A DNA stretch of 64,000 nucleotides from Sminthopsis crassicaudata (lineage: Eukaryota), in contig NC_133621.1 of the NCBI RefSeq assembly GCF_048593235.1, positions 187,943,238 through 188,007,237 on the forward strand. The letters are read 5' to 3'. Below, piece by piece: positions 23,401-38,400 of this stretch. A program made the translations under genes and the position numbers. Under the pieces are notes generated by a model. It was given only the letters and a program-made list of their open reading frames with translations. It was not told where the DNA came from and made no database searches. Position 1 is the first letter of the stretch; every line of letters starts with the position of its first letter.

Positions 23401-26400
23401 TCCTGAGGCAATTTGCCCAGGGTCACATAGGTAGGAAGTGTTAAGTATTTGAAGTCACATTTGAATTGTGGTCCTCCTGACTTTAGAGCTGGTATTCTAT
23501 CCACTATACCAACTAGCTGCCCATTATTGTTATTTTAAAGACAAACTATTTCCTACCCAGCTGCATTACTGAACTTCATCATGGTCTCTAGAAGCTTATA
23601 ATCCTACAAGACTGCATCAACCCTGAAAGTCAAATTTATTAATACTGTGCCCCCGAGATCACGGAGAGAGTGGACATGGATTTTGCTCCTCCCAAATTCT
23701 TCATTTAAGGAGGGATCCCAGAGCATTCATCTAACCATTTCCCATCCAACTTCATTATGCACCTCCCCTCCTCCTCTTTACTTTCCAGTTTTTTATATGT
23801 AGTCTCCAATATATTGTGAGCACCTTGGATCAGGTAATATCTTTTGTCTTTCTTCACATTCCCAGCATGTGTGTAGAATATAGTCATTGCTTACTGTTTA
23901 CTAATCAGATGAGTAACATGGAGAGAAGTCATCTACAGGTATATTAAAATGTAAAAGTCAAGGCATATGGAGCCAATAGCAACTCAGTTGTAACGCCATG
24001 GTATATCGGTCCTCTGGAGATAGCAGGTAAAAATCTAGTTTGTTTTAGGAGAGAGCATTTAAGGAATTATCAAAGATCCTGATCCGAAGTTCTAGAAATA
24101 CTTGGATATCCATTGAAGTTATCAGTGACCTCATCCAAAACCTGGGCAGCCTTGTAATTTGCATCTATGGCAAATGAGAAGTGATTAGAAAAATGTAGGG
24201 GTAGTAAAGAGAAAGCAGGATAAATGACCACCAATTCTTTAATATAGACACCATCAGAGCACCCCTGCCAAGCAAAGCCTAAGGTTGTTTTGGTGAATAA
24301 AAAGAGTAGGCAAACTTGGATAAATCCAGGAAAGTAACAGTAGTGCAGACCAGTTTAGGCACATCGATTGGGAATGATATACAGCATAGGGTGTAATAAT
24401 GTAAGAGAATGTAAATTTTATGTAATGTAAATTATAGATGTAAATATATATATATGTGTATACATAAGTAAAATTATAAAGAATATAATTTGTGGTACAT
24501 CTTTGGCAGTTCTGACTCATTTTACCATTTGGGAGAAAAACTTAGTAAAGATGAAACCTCAATACCCAAGTGGGATATACATGAAGTTAGATTTATCTGG
24601 GTCAAATCACAGGCATACTCAATAGGGTAAGCAAAGGTAAGATTATAGGAACTTTCAGCAGCTATTTCTTAGGCTCCTTAAGGACTTCTAGCTTTATACA
24701 AAGTCCTACTTATTGACACATTGTGGCATAAGAGTGCCCTAGCTTCTCAAAGGTTACACTGGTAAAGTTGGTAAAAGGCTGGAAAGGTTTCAAATATGGT
24801 CACAGCAATAGACTGTGTCAGTTTTCTAATAGCTGGCTTGGGTGGGTGTGGAACAGCTTATTATTATTAGGTTAATATCTCAGTAGATGATGAATTCTTT
24901 TGAGCATAACAACTCATGAAATAAAAATAAGAGGTAGCTGTAGTCCTGGGCAGTCTCTTTGCAGAAAAGGGTTTCAGATTGCTGAGAACTGCCTACCTAC
25001 AAATATTAACTTAGATGTTTTAAGAGTGAAATTCTACTTCTAAATTGATTCATGTCAATATTGACACTCACTACAAAAGCAACCAGAAGGATGTTGCAGC
25101 TAAATGGAATGATAGCTCACTGTTCTTCCCCAGCCTTTGTACACTTATTATGTGTACAAAAGCAACAAGACACACCATTTCATTTGATATGGGTCATTGC
25201 AGTTATTCATGAGAAACATTTGTAAAGAAACCAAAGGGGGTAAAAAAAAAATAAAGCTTATAAATGATGAAAAAATGAAGCTTATGTATAGTTGTTCAGA
25301 ATGAGGAGGTAGAAAAATTCTATGAAGAACTAAGATCTTCCAACACTTATCCATTTGTTTGGTTGATTTTTCCTTATTTATAGCCCAGTCACTTCCCCAT
25401 ATATAATAAGCCATCCTTCAAACAATGAATCCTCTTGTTACAAAAAGTAACAGTTAAGCAAAACCACTCAGCAAAGCAACTGTATCAGACAATGTAGACA
25501 ATATTACACACTCCTAATGCTTCACTTCCCTATTTAAATGGCAATTAATATACTTTAAATGCAAAATGACTTAAATGACTTAAATGCAAATATGGGCATG
25601 TGGGTGAGGTTTAGAGATAAGACAGGACATACTTAGATAACAAATACTTTTTGTTCAGTAGAGTGGGAAGGTGGCTCAGCACAGAATCACAATGAATATT
25701 GAGTAATTATCTCCTCTCTTTCTCAGTCTCCCAGACTGTCGGTCTCCTCTCCAAAAGAAAAAAAAATCTGATTTTATCTTGAAAGGACAGTAAACAATGG
25801 CTTCACTGATAAGGGAGTAAAGAAAAAGTTGACAAATTCAGACATCAAGACACTAATTGTAGGTGACTATAAAGTCCTCTGTCAACTTGACAAATTCAAC
25901 CATCCCTTAAAATCCTTATGGGTAAGTGTATCATAGGCCAGTGTATCTAGCTGGCCCTAGCCATGCTGCATTTTCTGCTCTGGTTATTTTCTTGTTATCT
26001 GCCTTGCCTGCTGCTGTACTCTTTGGACCGTGTCATCTTCCCTGCCTGCTGTATTCTTGCCTTCATCTGACTTTCCAGCTCTGGATTGTAATACAGTTAA
26101 CACTATCATCTTTACTAAAATGGCAATCAGCTCTCACATAGATTGACTCATCATTGTTTTTAACTTCCCAAACCAAAACATCCCTCCCTGGCAACCACAG
26201 TCCTATGTATATTGTCTACTTTATTAGAATGCAGGACTTTTTTGTCTTTGTGATGTGGGTTAAGATTCCTTTCTAATTCCCAGCTCCCATGAATTTCAAT
26301 GGGAGATATGGGGATTCTCCAAGCCCCCATGGGATCTGAGCAAACTTGGGCTGTTCCAGCCCCCAATCTAATGATTTCCTCAGGTTTCCCCAATCCCCAC

Positions 26401-29400
26401 CCCCAGCACAAACAGCTCCTTATCTAAAAACCCATGGAATTCTATTCAAATTCTAACCCTGGCTGAAACCTAGCCAGGAGCCAACCTGGGACTCCACCCA
26501 TGGGCCCTTTCAAGATTACCAAAAGCCCCCCACTATAAAAAGGGGAACCCTGGAGTCCACTCTTTGAAGGAATCCCAAACATGGCTTCCTTACTCCGGCT
26601 ATGTCAAGGGTTCCTGCCTGCCTGATGCCAGCGCTGGCCCTGGCATCTTTCTATTTTTAACCTTACTTCCAAACCCCCAAATAAACCTCTTTTATCAATC
26701 TAGGCTTTCGGGTCTGTAAATTCCTTTACAGAGAACTCTTGCACGGCTACTAGACCTCATTTAACTCTGTATCCTTGCGCTGAATCCAAAGGGGTTGCAA
26801 GGGAGCTCTATTTGACTCCTTGTACCCTGAACCTGCCACTAGACCTCAGTTAACCCTAATTTCATTTAGGTATCCCTTACCTAATTCTCATCATTACTAC
26901 AGTGCGCTTGGGACTCACAGCCAGATTTCTTTAGCGCCAAAGGGGGAATCTAACTTCTATTTCTATAACCTCCAACTTCTATTTACTTACTATACTGTAC
27001 TAAATACTACAATGCACTTGGGACATAGGTGATTAATAATACTCATTCATTCATTAACTATTTGAAAGATAAACACCAGGGTGAACACATAATTAGAAAA
27101 ATGGATTTGATGAGAATCTTAAAATTCCTTTGCAGGCTTCCACCAGACAAAAGAATCACAGACCACAAAACATTAAAAATTGCAAACATTAGAGGAAATA
27201 TGAACAAAAAATGAAGATCTAAAACACCCTAAATAAAGATTAAGTCAAAGGCTGAACCAAAAAAATAAAATTTTTTAAAAATGGAAAATAAATTGCTAAT
27301 TCCCAAACAAGTTTAATTGAAGAGATTTGGTGTGAACAACTGATGGGCACAGCCAAATGAAGCTCTTAATTGCCAAGCTCAAGAGATTTGTGAACCTTAG
27401 TCTCTTACTTTAAAAATTAGGAACTTTTCATTGTTCATGAAAGGGCCACACTTATAATGACAAAATTTATCTGGAGGCAAAAAGTGAAGAATCTTAAGGG
27501 AAAAAGAAAAATGTAACAATGAAAACTATGTAGTATTAACCTGATCTCAAGTTATGCTACAATAAGGCAGCAAACAAAACTATTTGGTGTTGGTTAAAAA
27601 ACATGAAAGCTGCTAATTAGGAGAAACTAGGTTAGTCACACAGTAGTCTAGTGTTTCATAAGCCTAAAGATACCAACTTCTGGACTAGGGATTTTCTAAT
27701 GACAAAAATTTACCAGAACAAGAAAGCAGTTGGACAGTAATTAGATTTAGTCCAACATTTTATACTATATACCAACAACAGTAGATAATACATGGCCTAA
27801 ATATGAAAGCTCATGTGAAAAAATTTTTTAAAATTATAGCTCCAATCTTTTTCCTGATATTTCATTTTATTTTTTGCCTCAACATTCACTAGTGATTTGG
27901 ATTTATAGTAGGCTTTTCCCAATTTATCTTTTCCTAATTTGGAAATTAGAGCAATTGTTTCACAGACTTGTTTTCTTTCTCTACTTCTGGAAAATTTTGT
28001 AGCACAGGGATTCTTTTGTTAAATGTGTTACAGAATTTTTTTCATTAATATGCTCAAAAGCATACATTCTTTTTAATGGAGAAACAGGAAGTTTAGACAC
28101 TTAAAAATGGAAACTTAAAAGGCCACGAAACAAGGTTATTAATGCCAACTATTGCAATACAGAAAAAGAAGTTAAGGAAATATACATTGGATCACAGCAT
28201 CATAATTCTAGAGCTGGAAGAGACTTGAGAAATATTTCTGGTTCAATTCTTTCACTTTACAGTTAAGAAAACTGAAACTAGCACATAGGAAAGACTTTAA
28301 AAAGTAATGCAGACAGAACTAAACAGAACACACATACATCCCCAAACTATAAAAAAGACAATTTTATTTTTTTAGTTTTATAATGTTTTACTCATTAAAT
28401 ATCAAATATTCTCAATTAAAATCCTCTTCAGATGCCTTAAAATGACGTTGAAGTTTCCAAATTTATAAACATGTTTATATATAGACACATTGCTTTTTGA
28501 ATTATTATATGAATGCTTGTAGAGCAGAAATCTCACCAGATTCTATGAAGCTGGCAATTTTTTTTTCTTCAGTGGTATCTTATTTTTCCAAATTTTTAAC
28601 ATTTCAACATTTATTAGAACTGTGTGTTCTATTTTCTTCTCTTCTCTCCCTTACCTTCCCCCTTCCCAAGGCAGCAAACAATCTAATATAGGTTAAATGT
28701 ATGCAATGGCAGCAACTTTATTTATGTACTTATTTTTTGCTGAGGCAATTGAGGTTAAGTGATTTGCTTAGGGTCGAACAGATAGAAGTGTTAAGTTTTT
28801 GAGGCCAAATTTGAACTCAGATCCTCCTGACTTCAGGGCTGGTATGGCAGCAACTTTAAATGACTACAAAATTCAGTTTTCACTGTCTAGTTTTTCTTCT
28901 AACTTATAAAGTGTGTACATTTAAAAAAAAAATTTAAACAAATGAAAAACTGTTAAGGCCTAAGATTCCATATACTATATAAATACCTACAATCATTCTA
29001 ATGTTGTTTATGTAACTATTTTGGAGAATTTTTTAATATGGGGTTTCAATTGGGAGTATGCTGGGGAGTTTTATGAGTAATCTAAACAAAATTTGTCATT
29101 AATTTAAAAAAACCCAAAACAACAAAATTATCATAATCTCTGGTTGAACAGCCAGTATAGTGTATAATTTAAGCTCTATTATTCCTCACCATTTCTGAAT
29201 GTTTTTTTTCCTCCCAAATTGATATTGTTGACAGTCTTAACACCAAATTTCTCTATAAAGTACAATGCCTAAGAACCAGTAAAACCACCTAACAGCAGAA
29301 TTATCACTGAAACATCACCCTTTCATTTTTGTAGGTTCATGTTATTAGTGGAAAAGGATATGTGCTCTGACTGTGACAGTCTCCTTTTCACATTGCCTGC

Positions 29401-32400
29401 TGTATTGGGCCTGTGTTTGTTGCCTCTTAACAATGTCTGGACTTAAACTGCTATAGTAATTATGTTTATTGTTCTTTTGGCTCAGTTTTCTGCATTCTGT
29501 TATCACTTCAAATAAGCCCTCTCATTTTTCTTAGATAGGAATTCTTATCTGTCATTCCTTTTGGAGCACTTCTATCTCACTGTTTATAACAAACAAGCAT
29601 AAAACTATGTAGATAACAGCAATAGAAGACTTCCCTAGAGATGGACACAAGAGGTTTGTCCAACTTAGCCTATCAACAGCCCACTCAAAAATAGCAACAA
29701 AAAAACCAAAATGTAAAAAACATAACAAAAAAGCCCAGAAATTTAAAACTAAAGAAAACTATTTTTAGAAAAAGCAACCCAAAATGAGTAGAGTTGAAAC
29801 ATCATCATTAAAAAAAGGCTTAAAAAAAAGGGCAGAAATATTATGAGGAACCCCACACCCTCAACATAAACAGAAACGAAATCTGAATTGGTTCCTCAAA
29901 AGAACTGCAACCTATTAACACTATACAAAAGACTGAATTTAAAAAATTATTTGGAGCAATTCCTTTTCTCATTCATTTTCATACCCTTATAAGGACTTGT
30001 ATCCCCCTTTTAGAACCTTGCACATAGGCTCAATTCAACAAATTTTGTTGACCACCTAGCCAGTCCTTTCTAATAAGATTCTATCCAACACTATTAGGAA
30101 TACTAACACCTTTAGCATTTTTTAATAATTTAAGTAGGTAAGAACTCTGCCATGGTTTCCCCCTCCTCCCAATGAGATTAACAAAAAAGAAAGAAGCAAA
30201 GAAAGAATTCTAACTGGAAATTGAATGGATGCCCATCAATTGGAGAATGGCTGAGTAAATTGTGGCATATGAATGTTATGGAACATTATTGTTCTGTAAA
30301 AAATGACCAGCAGGATGAAGACTTGGAGAGACGTAACATGAACTGATGCTAAGTGAAATAAGCAGAACCAGGAGATCATTATACACATCAACAACAATAC
30401 TATATGAGGATCAATTCTGATGGCAATGGCTATCTTCAACAATGAGAAGATCCAAATTAGTTCCATTTGATTAGTAATGAATAGAACCCGCTACACCCAG
30501 CGAAAGAACACTGGGAAATGAGTGTGGACCACAACATAGCATTTACACTCTGTTATTGTTTGCTTGCATTTTTGTTTCTCTTCCCAGGTTATTTTTACCT
30601 TCTTTCTAAATCTGATTTTTCTTCTGCAGCAAAATAACTGTATAAATATGTATACATATATTGTATTTAACATATACTTTTAACATATTTAACATGCATG
30701 GGACTACCTGCCATCTAGGGGAGGGGGGAAGAGGAGGAAGAAAAGTTGGAACAAGTTTTTTTGCAAGGGTCAATGTTGAAAAATTACCCATGCATATATC
30801 TTGTAAATAAAAAGCTATAATTTAAAAATAAATAAATAAATAAAAATTAAAGGGAAAAAAAAAAAAAGAATTCTACACATTTTTTGTCTTCAAAGGCATT
30901 TCAGTTTTTTATTAATTTTATAATTATAATTTTTTTGACGGTACATATGCATGGGTAATTTTTTTTAACAACATTATCCCTTCTATTCATTTTTCCAAGT
31001 TTTCCCCTCCCTCCCCTAGATGACAGGCAATCCCATACATATTAAATGTGTTACAGTATAACCTAGATACAATATATGTGTGTAAAACCAAATTTCTTAT
31101 TGCACGGTAAGAATTGGATTCCAAAGGTGTAAGTAACTTGGGTAATTCTACACATTCTTAAGGACACAACCATCTATATAATTATTTGAAAGAAAAATAA
31201 ATGGAAAAGCTACACACAGAAAAAAGATATAGGTGGGAAACTTACAAGCCATCTATGAAGGCTTATGGAAATTATTTTCACTATATGTTTTTCATGAATT
31301 GAAACTTATTTACTTCGCTTTCAAAATCACTTGAGTGCTACTACAAAGCTATTTTAATAGTGCAACTTCTGCAGAACATGCCTCACTTATTCCTACATTA
31401 CTTAAGCTGGCAGTAACATAAACAAAGGGAAGACAAAGCCTGTAAATTTAAGTTAATGAGGGGGCAGCCCGGTGGTGCAGTGGATAGAGCACCAGCCTTG
31501 AATTCAGGAGGACCCGAGTTCAAATTTGGTCTCAGACACTTAACACTTCCTAGCTGTGTGACCCTGGGCAAGTCACTTAACCCCAGCCTCAGGAAAAAAA
31601 AACAAAGAAAAAAAAAACTTAAGTTAATGAGTGTGATGACTTTAATTCCTGAAAAAATTCTAGGACATTTATGCTTGCCCTGAATTTTAGCTATATATTT
31701 GATATAAAGTCTCTTTGTGGAAAAAGCAAGAGAGATATGGATTAGATGACAGTACAAGATTTAGAGCTGGGTGAATGGCTGGACCAAAAGAGTCTGGTCC
31801 TTAATATTAATCTGAAAGGAGTTCTTTTGTGGAGTGCCATAGGGATCTGTTCTTAGCATTGACCTGTTCAACAGTTTTATAAATGATCTGAATAAAGAGC
31901 ATATTTACCTTATTTCGGCATGACACAGAATTGGAAAGGACAAACTTAGGCCATTCTCCTTTTCCTTAACCCATCTCTTCCTCTAGCTTCCATACCCAGT
32001 CTTTACCCCAATGGTTTGCTACTTAAATATTTCCCATTAATCTCACAAAGTTGGTAGGAACTTAAGAAACCATCTAGTTCAAACCAGACTCATATAACTC
32101 CATCTACATCATACTTGATAAATGGTCATTCTTTTCTCCACTAGGACAAGTTTTATCATGTTAGAAAGGCTTCTAAGTATGACCCTACTAACTGCTTTCC
32201 AACAACCAGTTTAATTTAGTATTGAGAGGCTCAACATTAGTAAGCTCGTCACTAAGCAATGAATTTTTGGCCACTGTATCTCACGAAACAACAACAAAAA
32301 AATACAACATAGCCTCAGTTTTATGCAATGATGCCCTTCCTTTTTTCTACTGATAGGAACAGAGTGAAAGGAAAGAGGCAAAGGCTACTAGACTCACAGT

Positions 32401-35400
32401 GACTGAGCTTCTAAACTTTTTTTATCTTTCCCAGTGCTGACCTATCATAGTGTTCTGAAATATACACCGTAGGTATATACTATTTGTTAAATGAGTGAAC
32501 CTTGGTTTATGCCAAACTGTTCTATATACTTTCCCTAAAATATGTTCTCAGTTAAACTATGAAATCTACCTCAAGCTTCTATGGCTACTCATGTCAACAT
32601 CTGAGTGAAAGGAAAGAAGCCGCCAAGTGAGAGGCTTGGAATAGATAATATTTGAGAAAGGCAGCATGGCATAGGAGAGAATTAGATTTGGAGACCCAAA
32701 ATCTTGAAGTCCAACCCTGCTACACTATTACAGTATGATCTTAAGCAAGTCACTTAATCTCTAAGAACATCAATTTTCTTATCTGTAATAGGATAATAAT
32801 ATCCATCTCAATATTACTGTAAGGCTAAAATGAGATATGGAACACATTACATCCTCAAAAAGGATATGAATGTTATGCTGGCCATATCATTCCAGGTTAT
32901 TTATTTTATTCTCTTCTCCTTTGGACTCAATTTTTGACTAACAATAATACTAGAGCCTCCCTCTTTACAATCAGCTTCATCCATCTGCGCAGAGGTGTAC
33001 TTCTACCAAGCTCAGGGACTTCCCCCCCCCCCATCCCTAACAATTGAAAGTATATAAAAATCATTCCTCAAAATCTGTTACAGCACAATACCTAAACTTC
33101 TCTGCCCTCACCACATCTTATCTCCTATTATCCTTAAAGACATACATATCTTATCATAGTCACTAGAATGGTAAGCTCCCAGAGAGTAAGGATAGTGTTC
33201 ATTTTATTACATTCATGGTCTGTCACAATGCCTTAAAATTAGTGAGCAAGCATTCTCTATTTGATAAACGTTCAAAGAATATGAACACAGAAATTAAAGC
33301 CATTTAGAATCATATGAAAAAATGCTCTAAATCACTACTGCTGAAAGAAATGCAAAATTGAGATTTGCATTGATTAAGATGACAGGAAAAGACAATGATA
33401 AATGTTGGAGGAAATGTGGGAAAACGGGGATACTAATACATTGTTGGTAGAGTTGTGAAATCATACATTCCTTTTGAAGAACAATTTGGAACTATGCCCA
33501 AAAGATGTGCATACTTTTTTGTGCATACTGTGCATACCTTTTGATCCAGCAGTGTCTTACTGGGTCTGTACTGCAAAGAGATTATAAAAAAGGGAGAAGA
33601 ACCCACAAATGCAAAAAAAAAAAAAAAAAAAAAATTGTAGCAGTCCTTGTAGTGGCAAGGAACTGTTACGGAATAGCTGAATGATTATAGTATATTAAGA
33701 TAATGGAACATTAATGTTTTATTAAAAATAATCATGCTGATTTCAGAAAAAACTGAAAAGACTTACACGAACTGATGCTAAGTGAAGTGAGCAGAACCAA
33801 GAGAACATTGTATATAGCAACAAGATTATGTGATGATCAACTGTGATGAATTTGACTCTTTTGAACAATGAGATGATTCAAGGTAATTCCAATGAACTTG
33901 TGATGGAAACAGCCATCTACATCCAGATAGAGAACTGTGAAGATCAAATGTGGATCAAAGCATATTAATTATACCTTTTTTGGTCGTAGTGTTTACTTGT
34001 TTGTTTTTTTTTTTTTTAATTTCTTGTCAATTTTTTCCTCCTTTGGATTTTTCATGCACAGTATGATGAATATGGAAGTTTATATAAGAATTGCACATGT
34101 TTAACCTATTGCTTTCTGTCTGGAGAGTGCAGAGGGAGAGACAGGAAGATTTGGAATATAAGATTTTGCAAAAGTGAATGTTGAAAATTATTTTTATGCA
34201 TTTAAAATTTTTTTAAAAATACTATTAACTAAAAAAAATTAGTAGGCAAATCAATTCAACAAACATTTAATCAAACGAATATGTACAAAACACAGTTAGG
34301 AGCTGCAAATCTCATCATTAAATGATCCTATCCTTAAAAAGCTTACATTCTAATTTGTAACCAAATAAATACTTGGTAATTTCAGGAAAGAAAGAACACT
34401 AATCACTGGGAGTTAGTTCCTATCCTAGGGGGTGGTACTTAAAAGGAAGCAGGACGTTTGAAAAAGGTGAACAGGTGAACAGGAAGGGCATCTTTATACC
34501 AGGAACAGGATCAAAGATAAAAAGGCATGAAGATAAGATATGGATTAATGAGTCTAGGAGATAGGAAATTTAATGGCCAGGTGGATCAGGACCAACCTCA
34601 AGGGGAGAAATGGGAAATAAATTTGAAAACATAGGCAGAAGCCAAATTTTGGAGGATTTAAAATGCCAGAGTGCTTTCTTCCAGAAGCACACTTAATAAA
34701 ACTAGAATGTAAAAAAAAGGTGAACAAAGCCGTTGTGTAAAGACATGTAATTTGGTAAAATGTTTCATTATTAAAGAAAATTTTTGGATTACATATAAAT
34801 TTAAAACTTTGCATAAACAAAATGAATGTAAATATCCTTAAATAGATTAGAGGATATGAAGTTTTCTAAAGAATATCAAACGATCAACAACTATAAGAAA
34901 ATATATGCCAAACTACTAAAAGAGAAAGGCATATGAAAACAAACTGAGGTTTTATTTCCTGCCTAAGAAATTTGGCAGAGAAAAAAAAAAAAATGCAGAA
35001 ATTCAATGTTGGAACGGCCATGCTATAGGAAAGCAGGAATACTAATACATTGTCTTAGCTATGAGCTGGTCTGACCCATTCTAGAGTCCAATCTAGAAGT
35101 CAGTGATTTGTAATATCTAATTTGGAATAGGATTACAAAAGAAGCAAATTATACTGAAATAAAGAGGTAACTTATTCCCATCCTTATTCATAAATTTGCC
35201 TGATATCCATGGATTCCAGGTTAAACACCCCCACTGTGGAGTCAGATCTATTTGTTAGGAATACTAATTTGGCTGTTGTGTAGAAAATGGATTCAAAAAG
35301 ATAGACTGGAAGCAGAAAAGCAGGTCACTGAAAAAACTCTTTCAACAGTCCAACTTAGATATGGGTGGTACCCTATGAGTGGAAAAAAAAAGGGAACAGA

Positions 35401-38400
35401 TAAAGATATTGGGGAGGTAGAATTGTTAAGATTTAGCAACTGACTGGATACTAGTGTATGGGGGAATAAGGAAGAGGGAATCATTAAGAACTCAAAGTGT
35501 GAACCTAAAGTGTGACTGAAAAAAAATAGTGGTATTCTCCACAGAAACAGAGAATGTTTGAAAGGGCAGAAGATGAATTTAGGGGAGAAGAAAACAAGTT
35601 CTATTTTGGATATGTTGAGTTGCAGATATCAATTCAACATCTGAATGGATGTCAATCAGGCACCTAAGAGTTTGTTGAATTGATTTCTTTCCTTGCATTG
35701 TTTTGCCTTCACATATATCCTTGATTTGTTCAAATGTTATCTCCAATTCTTCTAGGAAGCCTTTAAAGGTCATAGCATCTGAAACTTCGTATGTCATTTA
35801 TGTCTTTATATTACACTAAATAAATGCTTTGTGTATCTTAGCTCCTAAAGTAGATTGAAAGCTTTTTAGTATCCTGAAAGATCAAAGCTTGAGTTCAACA
35901 GCTAGTTATTGATTGATTGATATAATTGCAGATTGTGGAAAATGAAATGGAAAATATCTTTAAAAAAAAAAAAAAAGAAATAAACCCCAAACTTCCACCC
36001 AAGTCAAAAAGTTTACTTTGTGCTTGTCCGTTTCCTATACTAAATGTACAGACACAGACACCCATACATACCCACACACACCCACAGAAAGAGAGCTGGC
36101 TAAGTGAGATGCTGTAAACCTGAAAGCACCAGATAAAATGTTAGCTCTGAATATTTTTATCTCCAGAGGCCCAATGGTCTAAACTAAATTAAAAAAAAAA
36201 AAAAAAAAAACAAACAAACAAACAAACAAACAAAAAAAAACAAAACTCAATTCCTTTTCCTTTCATTTCAGAAACCAGAAGTAATTGGTGCATGGCTCAT
36301 CAAAATGGTGATATATTGGTTAGTTTTGCTGAATTGCTTCCCTCCAATCCACTTTTAGAAAAATTTTTTATTAATAGAATTTTTTTTGCATTTTCTAAAT
36401 TTCCTCCAGTATTTCTTCCTTAGAGAACCATCTTAAGAGATTTTTTTGTTTTAAAAGAGCAAAGAAAAGGAGAGAAAAAACTGATCAATACTCCTCCTCT
36501 CTTAAAAAAATATATTATGAGACCACTAGATGGATGGAGATTCAGAAATGAATGACAGAAATACAATAGCATTGCTAAAAATAAAGATTCTAAAATTCTT
36601 TTGTCAAGAGCCCTTAGAATGTCTGAAACACTGCTGCAGATTTTTCTGCACCTTGTGCCACAGTATGCTTCCAGCTATGCCTTCCATTTGCAGGATGAGA
36701 ACAGAACAGTGTTATGCCCAAGACATGAGAGCATAGATTTAGCGTTGGAAAGAATGATTGAAACCATCTAGTTCCCAACTTTCATTTTGCATATAAAGAC
36801 CAGATTAGTTGGATGATGTGACTCATCCAGGTAACTGGCAGAGGTGGGATTCGAACCTGGGCCCTCTTAGCCCAACTCTATTCAGATTCTGCCTCTCAGG
36901 TTTCTGAGTTTACCATTGCTGAAATCTGAAACCAAAAAAGGCCATAAAGCATTGTATCAGTTCCCAACATACAGTATGTATGAAAAACAGAACTTTAACC
37001 ATAAGGATGTTGATACCTCCACCTTCCATAAACCTAGAAGTGACCAGGTTATGAAGAAATATAAATGCCAAACAGGAGTTTGGGGGCGGGGGGGGGGGGG
37101 GGGGGGGAAGGAGATCAATTTTGCAATTTAGCAAAATGATATGACCCAGTTGTTCCAGGTGAACCACTTGTTCACTGCTCAAGGATCTAGGGGATTAACA
37201 GCTTGTCTCTTGGTATACTCTGATCCCCTTTCTTCTGTTCTGCCAGAATCACTCCAAAACCAAAGAGAAGCATAGGATCATGGGCAATTTTGTATTTAAT
37301 TTGTTTCAAGATGGTCAAAGGACTCTATCAAGAGGTCAGCCTACTGATAATTATCTCTGTACTTGGCCATTCTGGCCTCACAAAGCAGTCAGTCTGGTGC
37401 CAGAATTGCAATTTTTCCAGTAAGATCTGCTAGAACTCATACCATGTTGACATAAGCCTTTGGGAAATTAGATTTCCCTCCATGCCATGAGGAAGCATTA
37501 GAAGACTTTGTATCAATCAAGTAGATGTCCACTTTTCCCCCAACCCATTTTCTGATTTATTTTGAAGGGACTTTTTAGTATAAAGCTGTTTAATGAAATG
37601 ACTTTCAGATTTTTAAAGTCCTATTGCCAAAGATTTTATAACATTGGGTACAGAGGAAAATAAGTGCCTGGAAAAACAATGCTTAAACAGGAAGCTTTAG
37701 AAACTGATGAAACTTGTGGCTGTGAATGTACAGGAAAGATAAAAAAAATGTAGAAGTTACCACCCAGCAGCAGAACCTGTTCAGACACTTGCTATATAAC
37801 AATCCAGAAATCCCATTTATCAACTTCTTGTTTAACTACTGTCAGGTGAACCTAGCCATTTTAAAAAATTGCTCTAAAAATCTTTTGAGTATCATATAAC
37901 AATCCCCTCATTTATAAAGCACCCACCATGCATGAGATATTTTAGATTCAAAGATAAAATAAAGTTATAGTCTCTTTCTTCATGGAACATTCAAGAACAT
38001 AAAGATAGGGGTGATCGTGAAGAAGTTGGGGACAGGATAAGTAACACTTTTATGCACCAAGAACTGCTAAATATTAGGAATAAAATGATAAAATTAAAAC
38101 AGACCTAGCCCTCAAGGAACTTACAATCTGTTTGGGAGAAACACGCAATGCAGATATAAATATACACAAAATAGACACCAGATGATTTTTTTTTTTTTTT
38201 TAGGAGGAGGGCTCACAGGGCAGAGCTAGGGAAGGAAGGGAAAGGAGAAAGGAGGGAAAGGCTAGGAGAAAATGGGAAGCCATAGCTACTAAGTGCATTC
38301 TTACTCATGTTCTTTCCATTCTACCATGCTGGCTTTCCATGTGACATTTCCTTGGATCTTCTAAGTCTGGTGTGACAGGAAGGCAGCTGGTTAGAGATTT

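Noticed and set aside
36835-36880. tRNA-like B box (ggattcgaacctggg)
   Set aside because: Part of a minus-strand CORE-SINE head. No cloverleaf can be formed.
37081-37107. Long poly-G run as a G-quadruplex element
   Set aside because: Isolated homopolymer whose length is unreliable in assemblies, with no supporting context.
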